A DNA stretch of 64,000 nt from an uncultured delta proteobacterium (GTDB lineage Bacteria; Myxococcota_A; Polyangia; Polyangiales; Houyiibacteriaceae), in NCBI GenBank assembly GCA_963746475.1, contig CAVVBB010000001.1:692154-756153 (forward strand). The letters run 5' to 3'. Below, piece by piece: positions 18,411-28,444 of this stretch. Position numbers and translations under genes: made by a program. Each line of letters starts with the position of its first letter. Position 1 is the stretch's first letter. The notes beneath the pieces are model-generated. The model made no database searches and was not told the DNA's origin. It saw only the letters and a list, made by a program, of their open reading frames with translations.

Positions 18411-19091
18411 TTTCAGGCTGCCAACCGCAAGCAACACAGGCCGGCGAATTCCCGTGTTCGGTGACCCAAACCGCCAGGCCCCCACTCGTAGGTCAGCGTC
18501 CGGAGCTGTGCGCCTAGAAGCCACGACGCAGACGAACACGAAGCCGGTCGCCGCGTCCGCCAAGGCGGCCCCTAGACAGGTATGCGCGCCAACACCGTAG
18601 GGGTTGAACGCGCCCTGCTCCGGCTGGACCGCCCCTTCGCCCAGAAACCGGCCGGGATCGAAGCGCTCCGGTTCCTCGAAGTACTCCCGCATGAGACTCT
18701 GAGCTCCGGTCGACACGAAGAGCTGGTCGCCCTCCTCGATTTGGGAGCCGGCATACACGAAGGGCGTCGTCGCTTGGCGTACGAACCCAGAAAGGGCCGG
18801 GTAGCGGCGACTCGACTCCAGCTTCACGGCCGTCGCCAAGGGCAACTGAGCCATCCATTTTCGCCCGAGCGGCTCGGACGCGCTGGCGGCCTCTGCTTCT
18901 GCACGCCGCTCCGCGACCAGCCCTGGACGTCGATAGAGCGCGGCCAGCGCAAAGCTGAGCGCCGCCGCCACCGTATCCAGCCCCGCAAAGTACCGCGTGA
19001 TGGCCAGCAGCGGTACGTCTCGCTCGGTCAGCAACTCGTCGCGCACGCAGCGCCCAAGCGCCGCGAACAGGCCTTCATCCGAATCGAGGTC
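18411..19091 (-). pseudogene. cytochrome P450 remnant (C-terminal ~225 aa only)
   Basis: It retains the I-helix AGLDTVAA, the ExxR motif ESSRRYP, the PERF-like EEPERFDPGRF and the heme loop FNPYGVGAHTCLG. The N-terminal ~225 aa of a normal P450 are absent, and only ~390 nt remain before the next gene. The frame runs on without a stop into the NRPS start. Confidence 0.6.
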
Positions 19092-19485
19092 GCTGGCTAC
19101 GCCAATCGACCTCGACTTCGACGTTTCCGTTGATGAACTTGAACTGCCAGCAGGTCCGAAACATGTCGAAGTTGATGAGGTGACGGTTGGTGTTGAGTGA
19201 GCCCGAGGCCCAGCCGACAGTTCCGTTGTAGCCAAGCCCCGCCAGGGTCCGTCCATCGGCACGCTCCAGTTTCCACGTCGTGTTCAACGAGCCCTGGTTG
19301 GGAGTTTGGCCAAGCACGGCTTCGACGCACAGACGGTAGAGGCTGGCCAACACCTATGGGTGACAGGGCAGCTCTCGAAATAGCGGCTCATCGGCTTTCT
19401 GCGGCGTCGCACGACCCCAATCCTCATCGCATAGCGCCAGGGGAGAACCGCGGGGCCTAGGTGTAGCGCCATTGGGGACCTGGGC

Positions 19486-20547
19486 TCAGGTTTGCGTATC
19501 GTGCTGCGGGGGAATCGGACCGGGGATCGTTTCGGCCGGCTCGTCCAACATCTCGCGCAGATCGATTTCGATTCCGCGGGAGATGGTCGTGATGGGCACG
19601 TCGTTGGGGTTTCCCTCGAAGGGGTTCTCGCTGACGCGCCCGATGCGTTCCATCGTGTGAAAGACCCACATGACGATCACACTGAAGGGCAGCGACAGCC
19701 AAACGAAGTGCTCCCCGATGAACGGGGAATGCTTCGCGACCTCCGCACCGATCTGGTCGAACTCGAACATGACACCGAAGGGCAGGAGCAGCACGAAGAT
19801 CCACGTGAACATCGAGTTCAGCGTCGCGTACTGGCGGGGGTAAGGGAAGTTCTTGATCCGCTCGGACTTTCCCTGCAGCTCGTAGAGACCGACCAGTACG
19901 TTCTCCATCTCCATATGGCGAAAGTCCTCGATGAGACCCCCAGACCTGAGCTCTCGGAGCTGCTTCGACTGCAGCGAGATGAGCTGCGCCGGCAGATTGG
20001 ACTTGCTGCTGATGTACGCGCGCTCCTCCGCGGATAGATACGGCTCGAGCTCTTCGTCGACGGAGTGCTGGTGCTCCCGCACGCCGATCATTTCACTCCA
20101 TTCACGGTTGGTTTGGTGCTTCAGAAAGAGCTCCCAGGGTCTGGGCTCTCGCAGAGCGTGCCGGAGCGCCGTGAGCCAGGCGATGTGTCGAAAGATGAGC
20201 TCCTTCTTGATGCTCTTCAGCTTTGCTTCGCCCGGGTCATGCTCGGTGAAGTCGCTCGTGATGAAGTCGTTGACCATGATGCCCCAGGCTCGGCTCGTGT
20301 TGACGATGCCACCCCAGATCTTTCTGGCCTCCCAGAGTCGGTCGTAGGTAGCGTTGTTCTGGAAGCTGACGATGAAGGCGACAGCCGTACCAATCAGGGC
20401 GATCGGCAGCCAGGGCAAGTGCAGCCACTTCTGGTCCAAGACCTCGTAGAGGACGACCGGGACCAGCGCTAGAAGGACGAACAAACGCGTCTCCTGACGC
20501 GTCCAGCTCACCATGGACCTGAGGGAGTAGCTCTTCCTTGTATACAT
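19486..20547 (-). CDS. bestrophin-family (UPF0187/YneE-like) anion channel
   Basis: TM segments are followed by FQNNATYDRLWEARKIWGGIVNTSRAWG, which is typical of bacterial bestrophin homologues. Confidence 0.75.
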   Translation of the reverse strand: MYTRKSYSLRSMVSWTRQETRLFVLLALVPVVLYEVLDQKWLHLPWLPIALIGTAVAFIVSFQNNATYDRLWEARKIWGGIVNTSRAWGIMVNDFITSDFTEHDPGEAKLKSIKKELIFRHIAWLTALRHALREPRPWELFLKHQTNREWSEMIGVREHQHSVDEELEPYLSAEERAYISSKSNLPAQLISLQSKQLRELRSGGLIEDFRHMEMENVLVGLYELQGKSERIKNFPYPRQYATLNSMFTWIFVLLLPFGVMFEFDQIGAEVAKHSPFIGEHFVWLSLPFSVIVMWVFHTMERIGRVSENPFEGNPNDVPITTISRGIEIDLREMLDEPAETIPGPIPPQHDTQT

Positions 20548-20672
20548 CGCGCGCTTGGAGATCTAGCGCACTCCCCCGCGGTCTGGGGCACAAAACGTGG
20601 CCCCTTTGAGGGGCTGCTCGGTGCCGATCTCGGCATCGACGACCTCGCGATGCTCGGAGCCTCGGCCGTGGC

Positions 20673-22454
20673 TCAGGGGGGAGCAAGCAACACGAGTAAG
20701 CCCGAGGACGGAAACTCGCCACTTTCATCGACAAAACTGACCTTCTTACCGTCACTGCTCACGCAAAACAGCGGAATCGCATCGGGACCGCGCTTGGCCC
20801 GGAGCTCCTCGAGAGTCGGCACATCCTGAACTTGCAGGCTGGTCACCAGCCCACCCATCCTGACAAGCGAATCGAGCTTGTCGAGTGTCGCTCCAGCGGC
20901 GACCTGTGAGGCTCTGAGCTCGGTCGCATAGTGGGGCAAGGGACGGCCGAGCGCGGTGCTCGGTTGAATCTGGTACACCTTTTCGGCCCCGAAAAGACGA
21001 CGGAAGTGAGCTGCCGCCAGGGTGTTCACATCGTCGTTCGATGTCAGCGCAACGAACTGACCAATCCCGTCGAGGTCGAGGTCCCGCAGGAAGCGACGCG
21101 AAAGGATTTCGCCCCTCTTCGAACGCAGTCGCAGCTGTCGTGCCTGCTCGACCTTCCCGGCGTCCGGATCGACGACGATCACGTCGAAATCATGCTCGGC
21201 CAGGGCCGTGGCAAGCAATCGACCGACCTGGTTGGCCCCGAGGATGAGCACACCCTGCGGCTCCCGCTGCGCCAGCCCGAGGAACTTCACGAGCGGCGCT
21301 GCCGAAAGCCCGGATACGAGAACCGTCACAGCGATGACCGCGAACGTGACGGGCATCAGAATCGCGGCATCCTCGTATCCGGATGCCACCAGCTCCAGGC
21401 CGAAGAGCGACGCCACGGCTGCCGCGACGACTCCCCTGGGCGCCATCGCAGCCAAAAAGACGCGTTCGCGGACCGACAAACCAGAACGGAGAGTTGCCAG
21501 GCCCACGGCCAATGGACGGGCGACGAATATGACGACCGCGACGAATCCGAGCGCAGCGAGGGGGAGCTCTGTGATGTCGGTCAACTCCATACGAGCCGTG
21601 AGCAGGATGAAGAGCATCGAGATCAGAAGAATGCGGGCGTGCTCGGTGAACTCGACACTCTGCTCCATGTTGACCTTCTTCTGGGAGGCCAGCGCGATAC
21701 CCATCACGGTGACGGCGAGAAGCCCGGACTCCGCTTGAATGGCATTGGCCGTGGCATAGACGACCAGCACGAAAGGAAGAACGACGGCGTTGTGGAGAAA
21801 GTCTGGCAAGAAGTCTCGCTCGCGAACCTTCACGAAAAGAAACGCCACCGCGTAACCGAGAAAACCGCTCAGCACCGCTGCTTTTGCAACGCCAAAGGCG
21901 ATGTCCGAGACGGCTCTGTCGACGTCTCCGGACCTGATTCCTTGAAAGATGACGACGGCGAGAATTGCCCCGATGGGGTCGTTGATGATGCCCTCGAGCT
22001 TCAGCACGGACCCAACCGACCCTCTGGGTCGCGCATGCCGAAGGAGCGGCCCGATGACGGTCGGCCCGGTGACGACCAAAATCGCACCCAGCAGGAGCGC
22101 GAGCTCGATCCGGAGCCCCAGAAGGTAGTGCGCTGCGGTACAGAGCACGGTCCAGGTGACCGGAATGCCGATCGAGATCAGCCCGCGAACAGGCAGCGCT
22201 ACGCCACGGATCTCGTCCCAGCTCGCGGTCAAGCCACCCTCGAACAGAACGACTGCCGCCGCCAGCGCGACGAAGGGAAACGTGAGTGAGCCGAGTAGCT
22301 CGTCCGGCTCGAAGAAACTGGTGACGGGTCCCGCCACGAAACCCACGAGCAAAAGCACGAGAATCGACGGAAGCCTCAAGCGCCACGCCACCCATTGCGC
22401 GCCTGCTCCGAGCGCGATGAGCGTGACAATTTCGTTGATGGCGCCGTGATGCAT
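20673..22454 (-). CDS. cation:proton antiporter (CPA1-type) with C-terminal RCK/TrkA-N and TrkA-C domains
   Basis: The polytopic N-terminal ~400 aa begin MHHGAINEIVTLIALGAGAQWVAWRLRLPSILVLLLVGFVAGP. A Rossmann-like VLILGANQVGRLLATAL follows. The ATG at 22454 is chosen over the longer track ORF. Confidence 0.85.
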   Translation of the reverse strand: MHHGAINEIVTLIALGAGAQWVAWRLRLPSILVLLLVGFVAGPVTSFFEPDELLGSLTFPFVALAAAVVLFEGGLTASWDEIRGVALPVRGLISIGIPVTWTVLCTAAHYLLGLRIELALLLGAILVVTGPTVIGPLLRHARPRGSVGSVLKLEGIINDPIGAILAVVIFQGIRSGDVDRAVSDIAFGVAKAAVLSGFLGYAVAFLFVKVRERDFLPDFLHNAVVLPFVLVVYATANAIQAESGLLAVTVMGIALASQKKVNMEQSVEFTEHARILLISMLFILLTARMELTDITELPLAALGFVAVVIFVARPLAVGLATLRSGLSVRERVFLAAMAPRGVVAAAVASLFGLELVASGYEDAAILMPVTFAVIAVTVLVSGLSAAPLVKFLGLAQREPQGVLILGANQVGRLLATALAEHDFDVIVVDPDAGKVEQARQLRLRSKRGEILSRRFLRDLDLDGIGQFVALTSNDDVNTLAAAHFRRLFGAEKVYQIQPSTALGRPLPHYATELRASQVAAGATLDKLDSLVRMGGLVTSLQVQDVPTLEELRAKRGPDAIPLFCVSSDGKKVSFVDESGEFPSSGLLVLLAPP

Positions 22455-22769
22455 GGTCCTGCAGGGGATAGTAACTACAAACGCGCTTGGCCCGGCGCAA
22501 TGTGCTGCGCTCAGAGAGCTGAGGGAGCAACACCGACAACTCGCCTCGAGCCCGTCGAGTCCCTCGCAGCTCGTGCACTGCGAAAAAGCAAGACCGGGCA
22601 TGGAGCAGGAACGGACTTGCCCGTCCTCGTTCCGACCGAGAGCGCGAAGAGCAGGCTGCTGCCCTGGTCGGCTGTCACGAACTGGAACTTGGAGCGGAAG
22701 GTTCGGCTGTCGGAGCCGAGTGCCCGAGCTCCGGTCGGGGCGCGCCTACCTGTAACAACTAGCCGTTCT

Positions 22770-22816
22770 TGGAGCGGGAAATGAGATTCCGACTCACGAC
22801 TTCAACCTTGGCAAGG
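22770..22816 (-). repeat. 47-nt partial copy of the tRNA-Gly 3' portion (att-like direct repeat)
   Basis: 22770-22816 matches 26642-26688 at 45 of 47 positions in the same orientation. The only differences are CG versus GA at 22789-22790, inside the T-loop. Similarity stops abruptly on both sides. Confidence 0.85.
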
Positions 22817-22983
22817 TCGAATCACCGAACGGTGACATGGCTCGATTCGCGTTCCTCGCGACGGCGGCTTTCGTCGGGTTGCTAGCGCTCGGATGGAGAG
22901 GCGGAAGCCGCGACAGCCGACCCCGGTTCAAGGGCTGCTGTCGCGGCCGGACTCGAAAGTCTTCGCCGAATGCACTGAACGCG

Positions 22984-25900
22984 TCAGTCCGAGGCCGTTA
23001 CCACGCGCCTCAGGATGTACATGTCCAGAACTCCGTTGTCGTCTTGCTGACCGCGGGAAATTCGCAGCTCATCGTCCAGATACGCGTTCCAGAGCTCACC
23101 CGTGATCCCCTTGGGGCCTGGGACGGGAAGCGTTGGGAGCTGTCCGGAATCGACTTCCAACACCAGGTCGACCAAATTCTTGTCTCGGGGGATGCTACCC
23201 AGCCGAGCGACATTGTCGTCAAACTCCAGGTCGATCACGTTCAGGCGTGGCTCGCCCACGTTCGTTTCGTCGGGCAGGTTGGTGAGGGTGAAGTTGCCTT
23301 TGAGGAAGCTGTGGACGAGCGTCGGATCGAAGCCAAGGATACTGAGCTCGGTGTCGGCGACGTTGTAGTAGAAGTCACTGAAAATGACCTGATACACGTT
23401 GCTACGGTCGATTCCGAGAAAGGCATCGGCCTGGTCGATGTCCGGGTCGTCGTACCAGAGGCTCTTCCAGGAGCCTTGCAATAGCTCCACCTCGTTCTCG
23501 GGTCGGTCGGCGATGAAGTACTGCTCTAGCTCGTCCACCAGGGGGTCGAGCTCCGCACGCACCTCGTCGATGTTGTCGGTGCGGGTGGTGTTCGCCTCGG
23601 CAATGCGAACGATTTCGTCTTTCAGGTACATGATGCGGCGCTCTTCGTCCGTTCCGCAAACACCGGCGATGCACGTCAGGTCAGGGCCGCAGACCGCGCC
23701 GTCGGGTTTGGTCGTCAGCTCGCAGATGCCTACGAGATTGCAGGTATTGACGGTGCAGGGGTTGCCGTCGTCACACTGCGCATCAACCGTGCAGACGTCG
23801 CGATCCAGAACGGTGATCGTTTCGTCGACGATGTCACAGGCTGACTGGATCAGGACGAGCGCCTGATTCTGCTGCGCCCTGCTCGGGTCGGCCGGTTGGT
23901 TCGCGAGAAGAATCCCGTCGCGAGCCACCGTGATCGCCACGACGATGTCCGCGGCATTGCCGATGACGACCGCAGCCTCGAGGTCACTGATCTCGAGTGC
24001 GGCCGTGGCGTTGCCCAGACGGCCGGGGACCGAGTTCTTCATGATGGAGTTGATGTAGCCCACCTTGTTCACATTGAGCTGAAGCCAACGCGCCTTGTTG
24101 AACGCGTCAGGTGCCGCCACCACGACCGGAAGAGGCTCTGTGATCACACCGCCGTCCGGACCGAAACGGCCGTTGATGACCTCGTCACAGTACTGCGCCG
24201 CGCCCTGGAACTGCGCGAGCACCGACTCGCGCCAGCTACGCGGCTCCGAGATCAGGAAGCCACCTTCGGCTGGCGGCACATCGAAGCGCCTTGGAAGGAG
24301 CAGGTTCAAGATACCGGCGTTGATCGCCGCCACCGCATCCACACGGCCGGAGATATACCGCCCGCTGTCCATCGCGCCCAGGCTCGCTTCGCCACTGCCA
24401 TTGTAGACCGAGCGGAACTTCGCCGGGATCGTCTCGCCCGTCTGAGCGTCAGCCTGGAAGTCTGCGATCGCCGTGCTGGTCACCGTGCTCGGAATCGGAA
24501 TGCCCAGAGCCGCCAAGGCCTCCAAGAGACGGATCGGATAACCCAACACGAATTGGGCCTGATACATGTCCGGGTGAGTGACCGGGAAGCCGACGCACTG
24601 TTCGCCCGGACGACCCGTCACTAGCAGTGGCGAGTCCGGCATCACCGGAAGGTGCTCCAGGCCCAAGCCGTCCGCGGTGTTCTGGAAGATGAAGCTGCCG
24701 TCGATGGGGCTGACCTGAGCCAGACCCGCCTCGGGCGAGCAAATCACCAAAAGGTCGTTGTGGTCGGTGCTCGGCGAGAAGCCTGCGCCACCGCCAGTCG
24801 AAGACGCGAGGATTGCACCGTCGTTCGCGTCGAAGGCATTGGTGATGCCCGCGCCGTCGACACCGAAGATGACCGTACCCGAGTCCGACCAGGTCGGCGT
24901 CGCGCCACTGTTGAGACCGAAGTTGGTCGACCAGGAGAGCTGCATGGCCGGCGAATCGCCGTCTGTGAGATCGGCATCGGGCAAAATGGTGCCCGGCTGG
25001 CCCGGACCGCCGTCGGTGATGAACTCCCAGGTCATGAACCGGTCGAAAGTCGCACCGTCACCGGCATAGGTCACCGTGACGCGGTTGCGGATCGGGTCCG
25101 CCATCACCGTGTTGACCGAGAAGTAACGCGTGTAGACGAACGCAGAGCAGAAGTCCTTGAACTCGAGGGAAACCTGGCCGCCGGGGAAGCAGAGCAGGTC
25201 GATGATCAAGTAGAGGATCGGAGCCTGGTAACCTACGGCGAGGTTATCGGCGTCACCATTCTGCAGGATGACGAGGTCACCGTTGAGCATATCGACATAC
25301 GCGAAGTTACCTCGGGTGAACAGCGAGCCTGCCAGTGGCTCCCCCGAAGGCGCTTTGAGCGCTTTGGGAAGCAAGGGGGTTGCAATCGTCGTATCGTTGG
25401 CCATGCTTTGCGGCCGAAGGGGTTCTTCCCTGACGCGCTGCGGACCGGGCGCCCAGTCGGACTGAGAGGTCACCCACTTCACCTCACCGCTGTCCGCGTC
25501 GAAGGCCCAGATGTTGTGTGCGTCGGAGGTGGTCGCGTAGTTGTTGGTCGCCAGCGTGCCGTCATCGACGATGCCCGGGTAACCACCCAGATACGCGCCA
25601 GGTCCGACCGTCCTCTGCAGAAGGTAGTCCTGAGGTCCAAGGTAGCGAGGCGTCTGCCAGATAATTCTACCGGTGACAGGCTCGTGGACCGTGATCGACG
25701 AGAAACCGATGCCCCGCCCATGACCTGCGAATAGATTCCCAGACGGCGTAATCACCGGATAGGTGATCACCGAGGCACCAGGAATGAGGGGCAGCGTCTT
25801 GACGATTTCTTCGCCGAACGCCGTGACGGTACGGTCGGTGGGTCCACCGGCTGCAGCCATGCGCTCCTGCATCATGTTGTTCACGTGGCCCATGGCCGCG

Positions 25901-26031
25901 GGAGTATCCGGGGACGGAATCATCTGCCCGCGTTCGCTTGTATTGCGGTCACTCACCGCACCGGCTGACCCAGCCATGGCGACCAGCACGCCAAGGGCCG
26001 TCATGCCCATCAACAATAAACGATGTCTCAT
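22984..26031 (-). CDS. secreted multidomain protein: PQQ-like beta-propeller region, myxobacterial Cys-rich repeat, C-terminal PAP/fibrillin-like domain
   Basis: ATG at 26031 follows GAGGAG. The signal peptide is MRHRLLLMGMTALGVLVAMAGSAGA. Propeller-like repeats include NIWAFDADSGEVKWV. The Cys-rich repeat is CDDGNPCTVNTCNLVGICELTTKPDGAVCG. The C-terminus has LLQGSWKSLWYDD...YLDDELRISRG, as in fibrillins. Confidence 0.8.
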   Translation of the reverse strand: MRHRLLLMGMTALGVLVAMAGSAGAVSDRNTSERGQMIPSPDTPAAMGHVNNMMQERMAAAGGPTDRTVTAFGEEIVKTLPLIPGASVITYPVITPSGNLFAGHGRGIGFSSITVHEPVTGRIIWQTPRYLGPQDYLLQRTVGPGAYLGGYPGIVDDGTLATNNYATTSDAHNIWAFDADSGEVKWVTSQSDWAPGPQRVREEPLRPQSMANDTTIATPLLPKALKAPSGEPLAGSLFTRGNFAYVDMLNGDLVILQNGDADNLAVGYQAPILYLIIDLLCFPGGQVSLEFKDFCSAFVYTRYFSVNTVMADPIRNRVTVTYAGDGATFDRFMTWEFITDGGPGQPGTILPDADLTDGDSPAMQLSWSTNFGLNSGATPTWSDSGTVIFGVDGAGITNAFDANDGAILASSTGGGAGFSPSTDHNDLLVICSPEAGLAQVSPIDGSFIFQNTADGLGLEHLPVMPDSPLLVTGRPGEQCVGFPVTHPDMYQAQFVLGYPIRLLEALAALGIPIPSTVTSTAIADFQADAQTGETIPAKFRSVYNGSGEASLGAMDSGRYISGRVDAVAAINAGILNLLLPRRFDVPPAEGGFLISEPRSWRESVLAQFQGAAQYCDEVINGRFGPDGGVITEPLPVVVAAPDAFNKARWLQLNVNKVGYINSIMKNSVPGRLGNATAALEISDLEAAVVIGNAADIVVAITVARDGILLANQPADPSRAQQNQALVLIQSACDIVDETITVLDRDVCTVDAQCDDGNPCTVNTCNLVGICELTTKPDGAVCGPDLTCIAGVCGTDEERRIMYLKDEIVRIAEANTTRTDNIDEVRAELDPLVDELEQYFIADRPENEVELLQGSWKSLWYDDPDIDQADAFLGIDRSNVYQVIFSDFYYNVADTELSILGFDPTLVHSFLKGNFTLTNLPDETNVGEPRLNVIDLEFDDNVARLGSIPRDKNLVDLVLEVDSGQLPTLPVPGPKGITGELWNAYLDDELRISRGQQDDNGVLDMYILRRVVTASD

Positions 26032-26238
26032 TGGTACCTTCTCCTCGGCGCGACGCATTCTGCGACACTAGACCCCAGCGCGATCGGAGAGGCCTATCGG
26101 ACAGGCATCCGCCCCAGGCCAACTATCCTGGCTCTGGGTTCGTCTTTTTGGGCGAACGAGGAGCGCCTAACGGGGGAGACCGAGACCCTGCGGGTCACCC
26201 GACGGACGTCACCGTCGTCCCCGGAGCCGTCGGTCGTG

Positions 26239-26463
26239 ATGTACAAGGCTTCGCGCACCATTATCGATTGCATCAAGGAGGACGTGGAGCAGCGCTATCG
26301 GTTTGAGAGGATCGTCGCGCTCGTGTCCGGGCCGGATTCACGGCGCGTCGACGCGCTCATGGTCGAGCTCGGCGCGGCTGGAATCCGTCACCTCCTGTGG
26401 GACGACAGCCACGCCCAGTGCGCCGAGGCCGGAACCCCCAACTCGACCCCTCTTGGTTGGTAG
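26239..26463 (+). CDS. small hypothetical protein (74 aa), uncertain
   Basis: ATG at 26239 has GGAG 13 nt upstream. The translation is MYKASRTIIDCIKEDVEQRYRFERIVALVSGPDSRRVDALMVELGAAGIRHLLWDD... I recognise no family. It lies inside the tRNA-bounded islet. Confidence 0.3.
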   Translation: MYKASRTIIDCIKEDVEQRYRFERIVALVSGPDSRRVDALMVELGAAGIRHLLWDDSHAQCAEAGTPNSTPLGW

Positions 26464-26643
26464 CCCAAGAGTGACCCCGAAGCGCGTAGCAGGAATCGGC
26501 CAGCCGGGGCCCTCGGCACCGCGAAATTAACCCCCAGAACCACTGAACAGCTGTCGCTGAGTGATCCCAAGACGTGCGGACCAAAGTGCGGACTATAGTC
26601 GGAAGCGCTGTTCTGAAAGCGGGCAAAACCGCTGTGATTTCGG

Positions 26644-26715
<72 letters not shown>

Positions 26716-26800
26716 AAAGAGGAGGTCTTTGCTAGCGTGACGTGGGGCGGGCGTCAAGTCCCGACGTCCAGGTTCGGGGTAAAAAGCCATGTTCTGGGGC

Positions 26801-28366
26801 TCACTCGTAGCGCAGGCCCTCGACCGGGAGCATCCGTGCGGCCCACCAGCTGGGGGCGATGGTCGAGACGGTGCAGATGGCCAGGGCGATGACGATCGTC
26901 AGGGCGAAAACGGTGGGGTTGATCACGACGGGCAGGTGATCGATGAGGTAAACTTTCGGGTCGAGCGGAAAGCGGATTTTGGCCAGGTAGGCGACGACGC
27001 CTCCGCCGACGAGCACGCCGATGAGGGTGCCGACGATGCCTATGACGACGCCCTGGACCATGAAGACGCCGAGCACGGTCATGTCGGTGGCGCCCATCGC
27101 TTTCAAGATCGCGATCTCACGCTTCTTTTCGATGACGATCATGATGAGGGTGGCGATGACGTTGAAGGCCGCCACGAAGATGATCGTGGCGATGACCAGC
27201 GTGAGAACGATCTTCTGCACCTCTAGGGCTGTGAAGAGGTTTCGATTGAGCTCGGACCAGTCGAGGGTGTGAAAGGCACCGCCGAGCTTGCCTTCGAGCT
27301 CGCGCGCGACCGCGGCCGAGGTGTCCAGGTCGCGCACGCGGAGCTCGACGCCGGTGACGTTGTCGCCGTCTTCGTAGAGGCGCTGCGCCTCGAACAGGTC
27401 TGTGTAGACCAGACGCGAGTCGTATTCCTGAAAGCCGGCCTCGAAGATCCCGATGACCTCGAAGTCGCGGCTGCGCGTCGCGCTGGTGCCGGCGTCCGCC
27501 ATGGACAGGTCGAGCGTGGCCAGGGGGGAGATGAGCGTGACCCGGTCCCCAAGCGCGAGCCCGAGGTCGGCGGCCAGGGTCTTTCCGATGACGATGCCAG
27601 GGGAGTCCCCGGCCCTTTGCTCGTCTGGGCCCGCGACGAGCGCGGCTTCCCAGCTGTCGTCGTCGGGCAGCTCGAATTGCTCGTCCGGTAGGCCCTCGAG
27701 TAGGGACTCGACGTCCTCCGGGGAGGCGACCGCGCTGGCCCGCAGGGTCGGCGGCGCGTCCGAGCCTTTGGGGGCATCCCAGCCGGCAGGCCGCTGGCCC
27801 GACGCCCGATGATCGAGTGCGGGAGCCGATGGCTCTGGCGAAGCGTCGAGCTCGGTTCTCAGCTCGTCCAGCCATTTCCACTCGTCATCGGACTTGCTCG
27901 TTGCAGCCCGGTACGGCTGGGCGCCCGGACGACGGAGTCCTTCTAGCTGGCCCTCGATCATCTGGTTCGGAAGGTCGAGCACGTCGCGGACGCCCTCCGG
28001 CGTGACTCCTTTGACCAGGACGACCGCCCGTCGATCGCCCTTGGTCAGCATCATCTCGTTGATGCTGAACGGCGCGGCGCCGGACACCTCCGGCATCGCT
28101 CTGGAAGTCTCCAGCACTCGCCGATAGTCTTCGAACTCACGGCCATATTTCAGGACGAGCACGTGCGCGTTGACGCCGAGGACCTTGTCTCGAAAGGCTC
28201 GTTCGAAACCGGTGGTGATCGCCAGCACCGACAGCAGCGCCGCTACCCCGAGTGATACGCCGATAATCGATATGATCGTGATCATCGATACAGTGGCGCG
28301 CTTCTTGGAGCGCAGGTACCGAAGACCGATCTGAAAGCTGTAGGCCACGTCCGAAGGGCTTATCAC
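26801..28366 (-). CDS. LolC/LolE-like ABC transporter permease (MacB/FtsX family) with enlarged periplasmic domain
   Basis: GTG start. The N-terminus is FQIGLRYLRSKKRATVSMITIISIIGVSLGVAALL. The C-terminal FtsX-type TM bundle includes REIAILKAMGAT. Confidence 0.8.
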   Translation of the reverse strand: MISPSDVAYSFQIGLRYLRSKKRATVSMITIISIIGVSLGVAALLSVLAITTGFERAFRDKVLGVNAHVLVLKYGREFEDYRRVLETSRAMPEVSGAAPFSINEMMLTKGDRRAVVLVKGVTPEGVRDVLDLPNQMIEGQLEGLRRPGAQPYRAATSKSDDEWKWLDELRTELDASPEPSAPALDHRASGQRPAGWDAPKGSDAPPTLRASAVASPEDVESLLEGLPDEQFELPDDDSWEAALVAGPDEQRAGDSPGIVIGKTLAADLGLALGDRVTLISPLATLDLSMADAGTSATRSRDFEVIGIFEAGFQEYDSRLVYTDLFEAQRLYEDGDNVTGVELRVRDLDTSAAVARELEGKLGGAFHTLDWSELNRNLFTALEVQKIVLTLVIATIIFVAAFNVIATLIMIVIEKKREIAILKAMGATDMTVLGVFMVQGVVIGIVGTLIGVLVGGGVVAYLAKIRFPLDPKVYLIDHLPVVINPTVFALTIVIALAICTVSTIAPSWWAARMLPVEGLRYE

Positions 28367-28444
28367 GCGCCGCGACGATCGACGAATGCGCCGCGATCCC
28401 TAGCGAACTTGCCCAGGATCGGCGGACTCACTAGGGTAGTCTGG

